A stretch of DNA of 64,000 bases from the human T2T-CHM13v2.0 reference genome, Homo sapiens. The first letter of the stretch is position 1. Every line of letters starts with the position of its first letter. The translations under genes and the position numbers were made by a program. The stretch lies in NCBI RefSeq assembly GCF_009914755.1, contig NC_060928.1; one strand, 5' to 3'. The notes under the pieces were generated by a model that was not told the DNA's origin, made no database searches, and saw only the letters and a program-made list of their open reading frames with translations. Below are positions 45,036 to 59,252 of this stretch, in pieces.

Positions 45036-45946
45036 AAGATATATCTAATAAGCCAACAGAGCAGATAATACAGAATCATTTTAAAAGGCAGAAAAAAAGT
45101 AAAAAGAAGAAAAAACTAAGAAAAAATGGATAAGAAGAAAATACAGCAACATGGTAGACACAAACTCTAAATTATCAATAATCAAATTAACAGCAAACAG
45201 GATAAGCATTCCAATTAAAAACCAAAACTAGTTAATGGAATGGCTATATTGATATAAAACGCTGGAGATTCCAGAGGAAAAAGGAATCGCAAATTGCGCG
45301 AAGAGTTATTTAGTAATGACAAGTGAGTAATTCATCAGAGATAACAATTATAAATGTCTATGAACCTAAAAACAGAACTTCAGTTACATGAAGAAAACAC
45401 TGATAGAACTGAAAAGAGAAAGAGAAAAAACCACAAGTAAATTATTTTTCAAAAAACTGACAGTTCTAAGCAGAGCAATAACAAGAAAACGAAATAAATA
45501 CAAAATGAAATAAAACATATATGGGTTGGAAAATAAGAAATAAAGGTTCCTTGTTGCAGATAATACGATTGTCTAGTCAGAAAACTCCAAGGACATAGAA
45601 ACAACGAGAACCAATCAGGGAGTTTATCAGGGTTTTGTAGGACACAAAGTCAAAATACAAATCAATCTTACTTTGTATACTAGCAATAAACAGTTAGAAA
45701 TTAAATAAGAAACCACTTAGAAATTAAATAAGAAACCACTAAATAATACCACTTAGAACGCCACAAATAAATAAGTTGATGTTACTTCAACAAAATATTT
45801 ACATAACTTATATGCCAAAAATTTTTTAATTATGCTGATAAAAAATCATAGACCTAAACCATTGAAGACAAATATCGTGTCTGTGGAACAGAAGACAACG
45901 TAATAAAGATGTCAATTTTCCTCCAATGCAATTTGTATCAAATTCA

Positions 45947-46366
<420 letters not shown>

Positions 46367-46811
46367 TTATAACTCATTATATAGCTACAGTAACCAAAAC
46401 TGTATGGAAGGATAGACATATAACTCAGAGAACACGATCCAGATACAGACTCACAAAAATATGCCCAAATGATTCTTATAAAGGTGCAAAAGCAATTTAA
46501 TGGAGAAAGAGGAGTCTTTTCAACCAATGGCATTGACAATATGAAATTTTTTTTAAAAAAAGAACCATAACTTAAACCTCACACTTTATTTAAAAAAAAT
46601 TTACTCCAAATAGATCTAAATGTAAACCATAAGCTATACAACATAAGATAAAAGTTTTGTGAATTTGGGCTAGAAAAAATGTTCCTAGACATGACCCCGA
46701 AGGCACAATCTATAACAGACAATATCAAACTGCAAGTAAGGACATGAAAAGATGTTCAATATTATTAGCCGTTAGGACATGGAAATTAAAATCAAGATGA
46801 GATACCATCAC

Positions 46812-47207
46812 TGCTATGTTTTGAATGTGTCCCCCAAAGTTCATGTGTTGGAAATTTAACACCCAATGCAACAATATTGAGAGGAGAGGCCTTTAACAGG
46901 TGATTAGGTTATGAGGGCTCTGCTTTCATTAATGGAGTAAGGGTGTTCTCACTGGAGTTGATTAGTTTTCTTGAGAGTGAATTTGTTATAAAAGCAACTC
47001 TGGCTCCTCCTGCACGTGCTCACTCCCTTGCCCTTTTGTCTACTGCCTTCTGCCATGGGATGATGCAGCGAGGAGGCCCGCACCAGGTGTGGGCCCTTTG
47101 ATCTTGGGCTTCCCAGCCTCTAAAACCAAAAAAACATAAATCTCTGTTCTTTCTAAATTACCCTGTAGCAGGATTTCTGGTATAGAAGGACACAACAGGT
47201 TAAGACA
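46812..47207 (+). mobile_element. MSTB-like MaLR LTR
   Basis: tgctatgttttgaatgtgtcccccaaagttcatgtgttggaa ... taagaca. Confidence 0.88.
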
Positions 47208-47439
47208 ATCTTAGGTATCTTAAAATTACTAAAATAAAAAAAAAAATATATTGACAACACTGGTGGTGAGGCTGGGGAACAACTGGGGGTTTTATAAATT
47301 GATTGTGAAAATATAAAAGGGGATAGTCACTTTATTAGTTTTCTATTGTTACTGTTTACCACAAACTTAGCAGTTTAAAACAAAACAGTCCATTTTCTCC
47401 ATTTCCTTGTGTCAGGAGTCTGGTAGTAGATGCAGCCTG

Positions 47440-48475
47440 CCTGACTGCTGTTACCAATGACCAGAGTTGGGGCAAACTTCACAGGTTAATAGCACAGTCC
47501 TTCATAAGATTGTTCTCACTTCAGACAACAGTTTCTCTTTTGGAAATTCCAAGACTACCCTCACTTTTGTCCAGTTGGCTACAATTTCTGAGATTGTTAC
47601 TACACTACCCCCCTTCAGGTTCAATAATTTTGTAGAGGGACTCATAGAACTCAGGAATATCCTATAAATATGATTACTCTTTTATAATAGCAAAAGGATG
47701 CAAATCAGAACTGACCAAATGGAAAGACACTTGGGGTGGGGTCTGGGAGGGTTTCTTTCTTTCTTCTTTTTTTTTTTTCTTTTTTTGCTATACATAGATT
47801 CAAGTTTATTAATTTTAAATTCTTAAAATTAAATTTTTGATTGATTTATTTTTTAATTTTTATTTTAAGTTCTGGAGTACAAGTACAGGTTAGTTACATA
47901 GGTAAGCTGTGTCATTGGAGTTTGTTGTACAGATTATTTCATCACCCAAGTATTAAGCCTAGTACCATCAGTTGCTTTTCTTAATCCTCTCTGAGAGGGT
48001 TTCAAATGTGAAACTTTCATTATCCTCTCCCATGTAATCAGGGTGCATTACCCTCCAGGCATACTGATGTGTTACCATAATCAGATTACAGCCAATCAGG
48101 GAAGCTCGCCCAGTGCTGGTGTCCAGAATTTTAAGTATGACTTCATTACCTATGCATGATTGAGTCATTGGCCATATGACTCAGTCTTCAGCCCTTCTCC
48201 CATCCCAAGCAGTCAGGCTCAAAGCCCCAACCCTCTTATCACATGGTTGTTCTTTCTAGCTTGACCAGATCCCATCCTGAGTCATCTCCTTAACACAAAC
48301 TAATCTAGGAGCCCACCATGAGTCACCTTGTCAGTATAAACTTTCAAGTGTGAGCCGAAGGGTCACCATGAATAACGAAGACCCTTCTATCACTTGGCAA
48401 AACCCAAAGATTTAGAGGCTACCTACCTCTCAGAATCTGATAATAAAAGCCAGACAAATACTGTTTATTGTACAA
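47440..48475. mobile_element. MER21-like LTR
   Basis: caggttcaataattttgtagagggactcatagaactcagg; tgattgagtcattggccat; ccagacaaatactgtttattgtaca. Confidence 0.75.
47756..47989 (-). mobile_element. Short L1PA 3' end with 3' transduction
   Basis: L1PA 3' UTR at 47850-47989, ~55 nt of extra sequence, T tract at 47756-47786; TSD tctg(g/a)gagggtttc at 47742-47755 and 47990-48003. Confidence 0.88.
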
Positions 48476-49462
48476 GTCCTCTTCTCAGAGTCTCACATGG
48501 TTAAAATTAAGGTGTTGGGTAGCTGTGTCTTCATTGGGTGGCTGGATTAATAGAGCTTATTTTAAGAAGACTCAGGTTGTTGGAAGAACTCATTTCTTTG
48601 TGGTTATGTAATTGAGGTCCTAATTTTCTTGCTAGTTATTGGCTAAAGGCCACTCTCAGCATCTAGTGGTTACTCTTGGGTCCTTTCCACATGACCCATG
48701 CCATTTAATATGCTCCGTCAAGTCCAGAAAGAAAGTCTATGTGTATTTGAGTCTGTTTTAATGGGCTCAAGGGACTACGTAAGGTTCACTTATGGTAACC
48801 TCCCTTTTGATTCATTCATAGTCAACTGACTAGGAACATTAATTACATCTTAAAAGTTTCTTTGGCCGTATCACAGGAGTGGTTTTTATATTCACAAATT
48901 CTACTGGCATTCAAGGAGAAGATTTTATAGGGGGCAGGTACACTAGTGGGTGGGAATCATGGAATCCATCTTAGAATTCTGCCTATTATTTCCACTCTGG
49001 TAAACAAATTGTCAGTTTTTTATAAAATTAGATACAGCAAGTGCACTCCTGAACATTTATCCTGGAGGAATTAAAACTTATGTTCATAGAAAATCCTGTA
49101 CATGATTGTTTATACCAGCTTTGTTTGTAGTAACTGGAAAGAAAACTCGAAACAACCAAAATGTTAATCTTTAATTAACTTACCAAAGAGAAAAAAATCC
49201 ATAGAGACTAGGGATAGCAAAGAAGGGTTTCTAAAAGAGTAAACTTCACAAGAAAAGACTCTTAAATGAAACAGGACAGTGGAGAGAGAGGTGCTGTGGT
49301 TAATAGGAATTCAAAAAAGATCAATGGGGTCAACTTCCGAAAACAATGATTATATAGTGTAGCATGAAATGAAAGGCAGGGATATAGGCGAAATTATGGA
49401 ATGTCATAGAGACCACATTAAATAATTAGGAGAAATCTATGAGGTTAATTATGTATAAGGTC

Positions 49463-49873
49463 TGTGTTAGTCTGAACTTGCCTCACTTTAAAGACATACT
49501 TGAGCCTGGGTAATTTATAAAGAAAAGAGGTTTAATTAGCTCATGGCTCTGCAGGCTGTACGAGAAGCAGGCACTAGCATCTGCTTCTGGTGAGGGCCTT
49601 AGGAAGCTTACAATCATGGTGGAAGGTAAAGGAAGAGCAGACATGTCACATGGGGAGTGTGGGAGCAAGAGTGAGGAGGACACTGCTCTAAACAAAGAGT
49701 TCTTGAGTGAGCTCAGAGTGAAAGCTCACTCATTATGTGAGGATATTACCATGCCATTCATCATGAGGGATCCACCCCCATTACCCAAACACTTCCCACC
49801 AGGCTGCAACCTCCAACACTGGGGATCATATGTCAACATGAGATTTGAGGGGACAAATATCCAAACCATATCA
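49463..49873 (-). mobile_element. MSTA-like MaLR LTR
   Basis: ctgggtaatttataaagaaaagaggtttaatt...ggacaaatatccaaaccatatca; TSD aggtc/aggtt. Confidence 0.93.
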
Positions 49874-50316
49874 AGGTTCCAGAAAGAAAAGAGTAAACAA
49901 GTTTAAATTACTAGCTTTGGTTAATAACTTAGTGAAAATACACCTTCTTTCAACACCACAAAACCCATACTTGACATATAATGAGACAAATAACAGTATA
50001 ATTTTACAAAATGAAAGTTCAAGTTCTTGCAACACATACTTGTATTTATTTAATAAAGTCTATCAAAAGTATCTACAAAGTAAACAAAGTGCCCTAAGAT
50101 CAAATGTAGCTAATTATTTGTAGTTACTATGTAGTAACTAAATGTAGTAACTAAGCTATTATTTATTCATTATTATCTAATTTGCTCCCAGTTGAATTTT
50201 CAACATCACTTGGTAACTTAAACCTTGGCACTTCTAGTAATCTTGAAATATCTCAGAGTTAATGAGTCATGCATATGTGTGTCATGTGCATTACAATAAA
50301 ATAAATACCCCCACAG

Positions 50317-50374
50317 ATCGTTACAATTTATAAAGAAAATGAGAAGGAAGAAGGACAGGAACGAAGAGAGGAAG
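50317..50374 (+). CDS. Candidate exon C (IVTIYKENEKEEGQERREE)
   Basis: Acceptor cccccacag|ATC, donor GAAG|gtaaag; purine-rich GAA content resembling exonic splicing enhancers; phase 0 in, phase 1 out. Confidence 0.55.
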
Positions 50375-50742
50375 GTAAAGAAGGATATTAAAGTGAGCAA
50401 GACTTGAAACAGGAACCTGCTAACAAGAGTGCCAGGTGGGTTTTTCAGGCTTAACATTGTTAGAACATTATATATGAATGACTTTATTTCATCAATTATG
50501 CACATACCATACATGGACACACTCTCACATTTCCAAAATTAGAACCCATTTTGCAATCACACTTAGCTAGGGCAGTGCCATGAGGATGTCATTTCCTTTA
50601 CATGTACTAGCTTAGTTTGAAATTTTTCTGTTGATGGTAATAGCATGCAGAAAATCAGATATTACGAAATGAATGTCAGTAGCCTGAAGAATTTCTAGAG
50701 AAAATGATGGAATACTCTTTCAGAAATGATGCATTGCCACAG

Positions 50743-50849
50743 CTCTTCGAAGCACAGGGAAAAATAACGTATGGAAAAACACAGATATAGACAGGCCAGA
50801 ATCAATATCTGATTCCGAATCTGCAGGGTGTGACTATGGAGACCGTTAG
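50743..50849 (+). CDS. Candidate terminal coding exon D (ALRSTGKNNVWKNTDIDRPESISDSESAGCDYGDR*)
   Basis: Acceptor ttgccacag|CT, phase 1, TAG at 50847-50849; AATAAA at 51202-51207. An alternative acceptor at 50723 gives the shorter end EMMHCHSSSKHREK*. Confidence 0.5.
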
Positions 50850-53800
50850 GCATAACTTAACTAATATTTTTCTCTTGTACTTTTTAAAATAAGCACAGAG
50901 TCACATATGATCATACTTTTAAGTTTAAAAACCTTTTTCAAAAAGTATGAACATAAAAGTTATAAAACATGTTGTGTAGTCATTGAGTTGTCAATGTTTC
51001 TGAATTGTTTTTGTGGCACATTGGATTCATATGGTGCACATTATATTTTATGGCATTTCTGGTTGAATGAAAATAGCATTGAGCATGTCTTTACCATTTG
51101 CAGTCTCTGAAAGGAGCAAAATGGAAAACTATCACATACTGAATGTCTAAATCTTTGTTAGATATCAAGCTATTAAGTAAAACATCTTCTATCCTCCCAT
51201 TAATAAATATGTCTTCATTTTTATCTAGAAGGCTTGCTGCCCATCCCACTTTTCTTTCCATCTGCAGGAACCTCCAGCACGGTGAAGGAATTTCCATGCA
51301 TGCACTCTAGCCCACTTACTCAAACTCTGCCTGCTGTGTAGACCCTACACAACTATGAACAGCTCCCCTTTTAATGGCCCTCTAAAATAGTGTTGGGTCT
51401 GCAGGGATGATCTGACTTCTAGAGGACTGACTGGCAAAGAACCTGGCACAGGCCCTGGATCAACTGTCAGGCTTATTTTGGGCAGAGAGTATCTGGAGTA
51501 TGTCTCCAATGGGGAGAGTGGTTGCACCCTGGATTGGACACTCTTCAGCAGCTAGAATGAGCCCCTCAAATATGCTAGGCCCCTGTCAGAAACTCTCAGC
51601 TCTCCTTGCTAGTGTCAAAGGGTGGTGCTGTAAGTTATAATGCTTTAAAACCAAATTGGCTCCTAAGAAATATGTCATTAGATTATCAAGTTGTTGATAA
51701 AATACTGGTGGTAACATTTATTAAGCTCGGAACATAAACTTATGAATCTTATTTTTACAGCTTTTTCCTTCCTTCCATTTATTGTGTAGGCAGTCTCTTC
51801 TTGCCATCATATTTTAAGTAACAAATTGGAATACACTATTTATTGACTCAGATGTTCTCAGTGAGTGCTACAGCTATTCCCACAAAAGCACGTTTTCCAG
51901 AGAATCTATGTTAATTCTTTATACACCTCAGATATTTAGATAGTCCAGCAAAATAACCACATCAAACGATCCCATGACTGATGGATGAATTTAAATTATA
52001 AGATTGCTTTCATAACTACTGAATTCTTCTATCTGGATATGAAAATAGATATTTTCTATAAATCAGAGTTAGTATACATTTCTTAGCCAAATGGCTTTCC
52101 ATTTGTTCTGTGTCATCTACAAATAACATGTTATCAAAAATCTCACTCTACTGAAATGAAAGTTTTATGTCTTTAGAGAGAATTTTTTAAAAAATATCAG
52201 TCAAAGTACAAACTCCATGTTAAAATAAAATGTTGTTGAACAACAAATATTTCTTATTATAATAGTAATTTGAATGCCTTTTATTTTCTTCATTGTGTGC
52301 GTTCTAAGAAAAGATAACACTCAGCTGCACATAGATGGCTCTTTCATTTTATCAAGCTTAGAGATTCCATCTTCTAAAATGCCTCCCTAGTTCCATTACT
52401 TTAATTAAAATGTTTTGATATGTTGCTGTACCTTGGACAGTGCTCTTTACTTGCCTTAAATCCTTACATTGATATCTTGGTGTTTTCTCTAATGAGTCAC
52501 CTTCAATGTTAAATTGAAGTAATGAAGAAAAATAGAATGAATTAGAGATCAAGGAAAATGCTTCAGAAGGTGAGTTCACTCAGGAGATCTTGTCATTAAC
52601 ATTACTTTTATTGAGTTGAAGGAAAAATAATTTAATACTGGAATACACAAATAGCTTGTTTGTGATGCTATATTTCTATGTCCCACAGTGCTAATTGGCT
52701 GCCCATTGAGCCAAAGAAAGTGCCATAAGAAGATCTAATATGTCTACTAATATTCCACTAACAGCATTTTAAAGCCAGTATGTATTTATGTACTCATACT
52801 GCTTAGCAGTAACTGTAGTTATGTGATAGAAGATCGGTGAGAGAAAAAATGGGCAAAGCGGGGGTCAATATAATGATCTGATTTTCACATGGTCTTACTC
52901 TCTGGTCACCAACTAGGCAACTTTAAATAATATCACTTTTATATTGCCAGGGTATTATTTAGTGCAGTTAAGAGCAACTTAATTACAACACTGAGTCCAC
53001 CCCAGGAATGGGAATGTGTTTAATGTCAAAGCCCCATTAGAAGTTCACACTATTTTCTATTCCTTAGTTCTCATAGAGTAAAGCCCTAAATTTAATGTAA
53101 CCCCATTTAGCTGAAAGAGTTAAGAAAGCATCATGCTGCCCTGAAAATCACCATTTAGGAACAAAATGAAGAAAGAATTGAGTTTCACATGGAAACACCT
53201 ATTGTAGAAATGATAAACAGATCAAAGGACTGTTATGATTTAATCACGAATCTTCCATCCTAGTTTATTTTCACAGAAGAGGTTTTATACATCTGGCTGA
53301 TAAAATTTCCATATATAAGGCATAGGTTTTTCAGGAAGACATGAGAATGTTGAAACAACTACCAGGGAAAGTGTGTGAAACAGAGTCTGTAATTAATATG
53401 TCTACAACCAAATGGCTGAGCAACAAGCAAGAGACTCTCAGAGTTAATGGTGGAGAAATCAGTCAATAATTATTTCTAGTTTGACTCCAGGCCAATACAC
53501 AGAAATAGTTTTACTAAAAAAAAAAAAAAAATGTAATGGGAGCATTACATGTAAAAGGAGCACTTGAGCAAGCTCCAGGAAAATAAAAACTTTGCTGCTA
53601 GATGTGAAATTACTGATGCAGACAGAGAGAAACTCTTTAATGTTACTCTCTTTTCATGATAAATAGTTCGAAATGCAGGCAGAGTAGCTTGCAGAACAAT
53701 GGAACGAAGCATCTCCTTGTGTGCTTGCAAGCAACTAAAGAAATGAGTTATGTGAAACTAATGTAAAGATACAATCCACAATACTTGAGAAGGTTTTGGC

Positions 53801-54124
53801 ACATGTAGAATCATTAAACAAACCACTGTGGGCTGGCTTCCCAGGGACCAAAAACCAGCTTTCAGGAAGTCTGACAAGGCTTTATAACTTATCTAGTGGC
53901 CAAAGCAGAGAACATACAAAAAAGTGAGACAGATTTAATACAGATTTGCTTTAGTAAAACTAATTCAGCAACACATGCAGAAAGCCAGCAGAAAGTAGGC
54001 ACTGGAGATTTTTTCATTTGAAAAATAAAAATCTTACAAATTAAACCAAAAGGGTGAGTCATGATGTGGTCCCTTTGTTATTGAGAGAAGGGGGGAAAAT
54101 TAAAAAAATGCTTTAAAATGTTCA

Positions 54125-54310
54125 TTTATGCATGGAAAATATTTTCTTTCAGTGTGCCTAGTGCTGTGTCAATCACTTACCTTTTATAGTTTAATTCTCA
54201 CAGTACTTTAATAAGCCACATTATTTTATTGTCTGTCTTATAGGAAACCTGAGGTTTAGAGAGTCTGTCTTCATGAGAAAAACATGTCAAACTAGACTCC
54301 AGTGGTTTTC
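54125..54310 (-). mobile_element. MIR
   Basis: tttaattctcacagtac...taggaaacctgaggtttagagag. Confidence 0.6.
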
Positions 54311-55355
54311 ATCTCCACCTACTCTCACAGCTGCTCCTAACAAAATTGTTCTTGGCTATTCAATGTCATATTCCTGGTCTCCACTTTTTGTTAAGTACTT
54401 TTTATCACACCATTTCGTTCAAGCCCTTCCTTCAACCACTAGTGCTTATCAGCCCTATTGTTATACCCAGGACCATTTTCTCCTAATTTCTCCAAACCAC
54501 TTATTGCTTGACTTCTTTCCAGACAATAAAGTTCATCATTCCAGCCATATTCTCGATTACTGATAAAATTCCCTTTCTCCCAGGATAATTTTTCCCTCAT
54601 ACCCATATCTTGCATGAATCCTACAGTCATCAATCCCTTTTCTTTTATCTGGGATGCTAAACACTATTCTGACAAATCGCACAGCTCTGCCAAAGGGTGT
54701 AACTGGGAGGATTCAGTAATCTTTTGACAATTTCCTAGTTTCCAAGTCAGCTTTGTGAAATGTTTGATGGCTTCATTTTTCATGTCTCTCATAGTTCCTC
54801 AAGTTACCAGAGATACTCAGCTGTCTACAATCTTTAACTGTATCTAAAATAACTTTTCTTATTTCTCTGTTACTTCAGGGGAAGTGGTGTTTTGTTTTGC
54901 TTTGTTTTTATTTATAAATCTAAGGCTAATCTTATTTTTTTGCTGGCTTGGGCCACACTGAAGTCTATTTTATTTCAAAGATGAGATGCATTCAATAGTC
55001 CCAGCCTCAATTATACGGTGTATATAAACATATGCAATTCTGCAAGAAAAGAGACATGATGTTACATAATTCATGTCATTGAAAATTTGTAATGTGTGTC
55101 TAGACATAATAAAACACTGTATAAGTTTATTTAATGAATACATAAATAGAAACAGTAATTTAAAAGAAGCATTTCAGAAAGAAGAAAAGAGTCACAGTCC
55201 AAGTTCATGCACTCTTATACTGTTTGATATAAATGGAAATACTTTGTATTGATTGAATTAAGGAGTATCAATTATAACTATCACACCTTTTCTAAAACAC
55301 ACCAAAGGCGAACATACTCATGTTTCCAAATTATAAAACCCATGATCCTTTTTAA

Positions 55356-55718
<363 letters not shown>

Positions 55719-57566
55719 CTAAATTTTTTATACAAATTATTAAGTCATCAGAATTGGCTGACATATTTTAAATATTCAGTTTAGAAGGGGGTAAGTCTTA
55801 TCACTATCAAATTAAATCAGCATTTTCTGGCCCTCAGTGATATAAAAAAAAGTTAAATTGTACTATTCAAAACTTACTGAAAAAAAACAGATTTTTAAAA
55901 GTTCTGATTTACTGTTCCATAAAATCAATTATAATTAATTCTCGGATTTGCATGTGATTTAAAATTGAGTAAACTTCAACAATTTTTCATACAGTGATTT
56001 GAAATATTTGACATAATATTAAATGCTTTTAAACCATGCACAATTATATTTTTCTTAGCAAGAGTTAATATGAATATGTTTAATATGTAGCTTATTTGAG
56101 TTTTGACATACTCTACTTGATAAGTGCAGAGTATAGCTATTAACTTGGCAAAGACTTTAAAAGAGTTTACTTAATAAATATAGATTCTATCTTTGCTTCA
56201 TTTCAGTAATATTTTATTATCAAATGTTAGATATGAATTTATGAGTTTGCTTTTGAATTATAATTTAAAAATAAAAAATGGAAAATTTCAGTATATATTT
56301 CCAGTGAATGATTAAATAACAGCATATTATAATGAAAAGAAATTAAAAAATAGGAAAACTGAAAAACAAGAAAGGTATAGCAAACATTTGATCTTATGTT
56401 ATACGATAATAATTAGGCCAGTGACTATTATCACTTAAATAAGATGTATACAGAAGTTGGATGAGAATAATATAGCAATGACAGATAAATTGTCTCAATC
56501 TCTTTAAGCAACCTCAACTCTACAAAGTAATTTTAGACTTATATTGTTTAATTTAATATATATTTCATTGAAGTATTAATTATTGATTTATTAGTTTCTT
56601 TTTAAAAATGCATCTTCTAGCATCACTGCTACTTTAAATAGATTTGAAACAGATTTCTAATCAAATTTACTCAGGTAACCTTTAATAGTTTAAACAGGTT
56701 AATTTTTAATGTCATTTATATTTAAAAGGTGCTGAAAATATTATAGCATTAAATATTTAATAACATTGTTACAAAATTTTAAGTAAGTCAAGCCCAAACC
56801 CTAGAATCATAGAGATCACTACTGCTGGCTCTCGAAACATCAAACAAGTCCATTGAGATTTTTACATTTTTTTCATAATTTAATAATGTGGTTTAAGTTG
56901 TTGCTAGCTTTGCAAAAATATAGTGTAATAGCACAGATGTGACTGTTAATTAAAAAGTCTCTTGTGGGAGCAAATGGGTTTCTGGGTGATGTTTTGAGCA
57001 AGATTATGTCATTTAGAAAAAATTCTGAGTACACAAAATCCTGAACTGTATGTTCCTAAGAGACTACTGCTTAAAAAAAAAAAAAATCCCAACCACCCTG
57101 CAGAGTGAAGAGAAGTAAAGGTAATTTGCAGATCAGCCAGTGTTTTTATATTTCCTGTAAATGAGCCATCTCGCTGCCAATGTAAAGATTTGTGTTTAGT
57201 TTTTGTACAACATATCATTCTTAAGGGCACTTTCTTCATTTTCCAGTTTTTGACAACGTAGTGTTGTAATATTTAAAATGTTTTGTTAATCATGTAGGTG
57301 CATTTGCACCTTCATATTAATTTTCAACTCAGTGATATTTAAAATGGCTGAAATTTGCCAAAATAAGATTTCATACATAATTGATTGCATTTTACATTAG
57401 TTTAAATGTAAAAAAATTAGTTAAGAAAAAGTTAACATGCTGTTCTAAATCATTACAAAATATGTAGATTTAAATATAATAAATTCAACTACTGTTTGGT
57501 ATTAAGGTATTTTATGCATCATGTGTCATAAATTATTTTCCTAAGAGTATCAAATTTTCCAGATAT

Positions 57567-57624
57567 GTTATTTAAATAATATTCACTATTATTTAAAGTA
57601 GATAGTGAATATTATTTAAATAAC
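57567..57624. repeat. Perfect 23-bp inverted repeat, 12-nt spacer
   Basis: gttatttaaataatattcactat / atagtgaatattatttaaataac. Confidence 0.97.
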
Positions 57625-58453
57625 CTACATTAAAGAAAATATATCAATATAAGCACAAGAAAATAGATGATTGTTGATATTAAGTAATTTAATGTTATAT
57701 GCTAGAGCATCATGGATGTTGTATTATAATTTCCCTGTTAAGATACACCTTTCCAGCACATAAAAGTTTCCTAAGGAATAAATCAAGCAATTTACCAAAC
57801 CACTTGACTCTCATAAGTGTATATACTAATGGTGACTCCATTCTCTTAGACATATACAAACTCATTCACATACACATATGTGTGTATACCTGCACAACAT
57901 AGACATAAGTATACAAAAACTCAAATATGTGGAGTGTGTATGCTTGCACATATGGGTGTGAGTATATTTAAGTACACTTTTGCCAGAATAAAGAAGAAAT
58001 TTGAGGAGCAGTATAAATTTATAAACTTTCATTATCAACATTCACTTAATTAAGTACACTTCATTAATGAGATTTTTTTAATTCCTCTCTCCTAGAATTT
58101 CTTTCCCCAAATTTCAGTAAATATGCCATTAACACTAGCATTTAGTATTTTTCCGTTTCTTATTTTTTTCGTTTATGTCCTTAAGGTTTCCTATGTCCAT
58201 GAAAGTACAAGCCATATTTTGAAATAAACAACCTTTCTCTCCCAAACAATGTTAGTTTCACTTTGCCTTAAATATTCTGAATTTTTATTAGTAAATATAA
58301 TACTTAACATTCATTAAAATGTTTGAATAGAGACTTATGTGGCTTTCTTTAATTTTGGAAAATCTAAGCTTAATATCATCTATCCCCATCATATTACAGA
58401 AATCCTCTTAGGTACATATTTAAATAGGACCACTAAGAGAAGTCTAAAGAAAA

Positions 58454-59252
58454 CCCATGTTAAGAAGCAGAGAGTTATGCTCTGCCTCCAGAATAAGGCA
58501 TATCTACATAAGCTATTTGGAAGTCTTTTGCATGAGTGATTTGTATTTATCTCCCCTGTGTATTTATTCATCAGATATTGTACTTACATCAATATGGACT
58601 AATGGATATTTATTTTGTACTTTATGTTATCATCCAATACTACTACTTTTAAAAATGTTGTTGCACTGCTTAATGAATTTCTTCCAAAGAGTTCAGTATA
58701 CAAACAGGTAAACTTAGTAACTGTATAGTGGAGAAATCCAACAAACAGTACTATTGCCAGGTAATCAAGGTCCACATCAACAGTGATAAGTCATGCTCAT
58801 AACATGTGCCCTTGATACGTGATGAAAGTGATACTTTACCTCTGTGGCCTTCCTTCCATCTCCCATAACCCCAGTTTAATCATGAGAAAACATCAAATCC
58901 CAATAGGGAGATATTCTACAAAATACCTGACCAGTAATTCTCAAAGCTGGTAAAGTCATTAAAGGCAAGGATAGTCTGAGAAACTGTCACAGTCAACAGG
59001 TGTCTAGAGATGTGTAACTAAATGTAATCCATTAGGGGAACCTGCAATGGGAAAATTAAGAAAAATGAAAGAGCTCTAAATTGGTAATAATGTGTCAATA
59101 TTGGTTCATTAATCATAGCAAACATATCCTATAACATATAAGGTGCTAACCGTAGAGAAAACTAGGTCTGGATTGTATGGGGCTAGTACTATCTGTAAAT
59201 TCCTTTTATAATTCTACAACTGTTCTAACAAATAAAGTTTATTTTTTAAAAA
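58454..59252 (+). mobile_element. L1MC(4)-like 3' end with inverted 5' part
   Basis: 58454-58650 antisense; 58660-59252 sense, ending aataaagtttattttttaaaaa. Confidence 0.75.

Larger units (their letters stand above)
47331..48990 (-). mobile_element. MLT1 LTR split by MER21
   Basis: taccacaaacttagcagtttaaaaca at 47357; resumes ~48476 (agtctcacatggttaaaattaaggtgttgg); ends ccatcttagaattctgccta. Confidence 0.75.
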
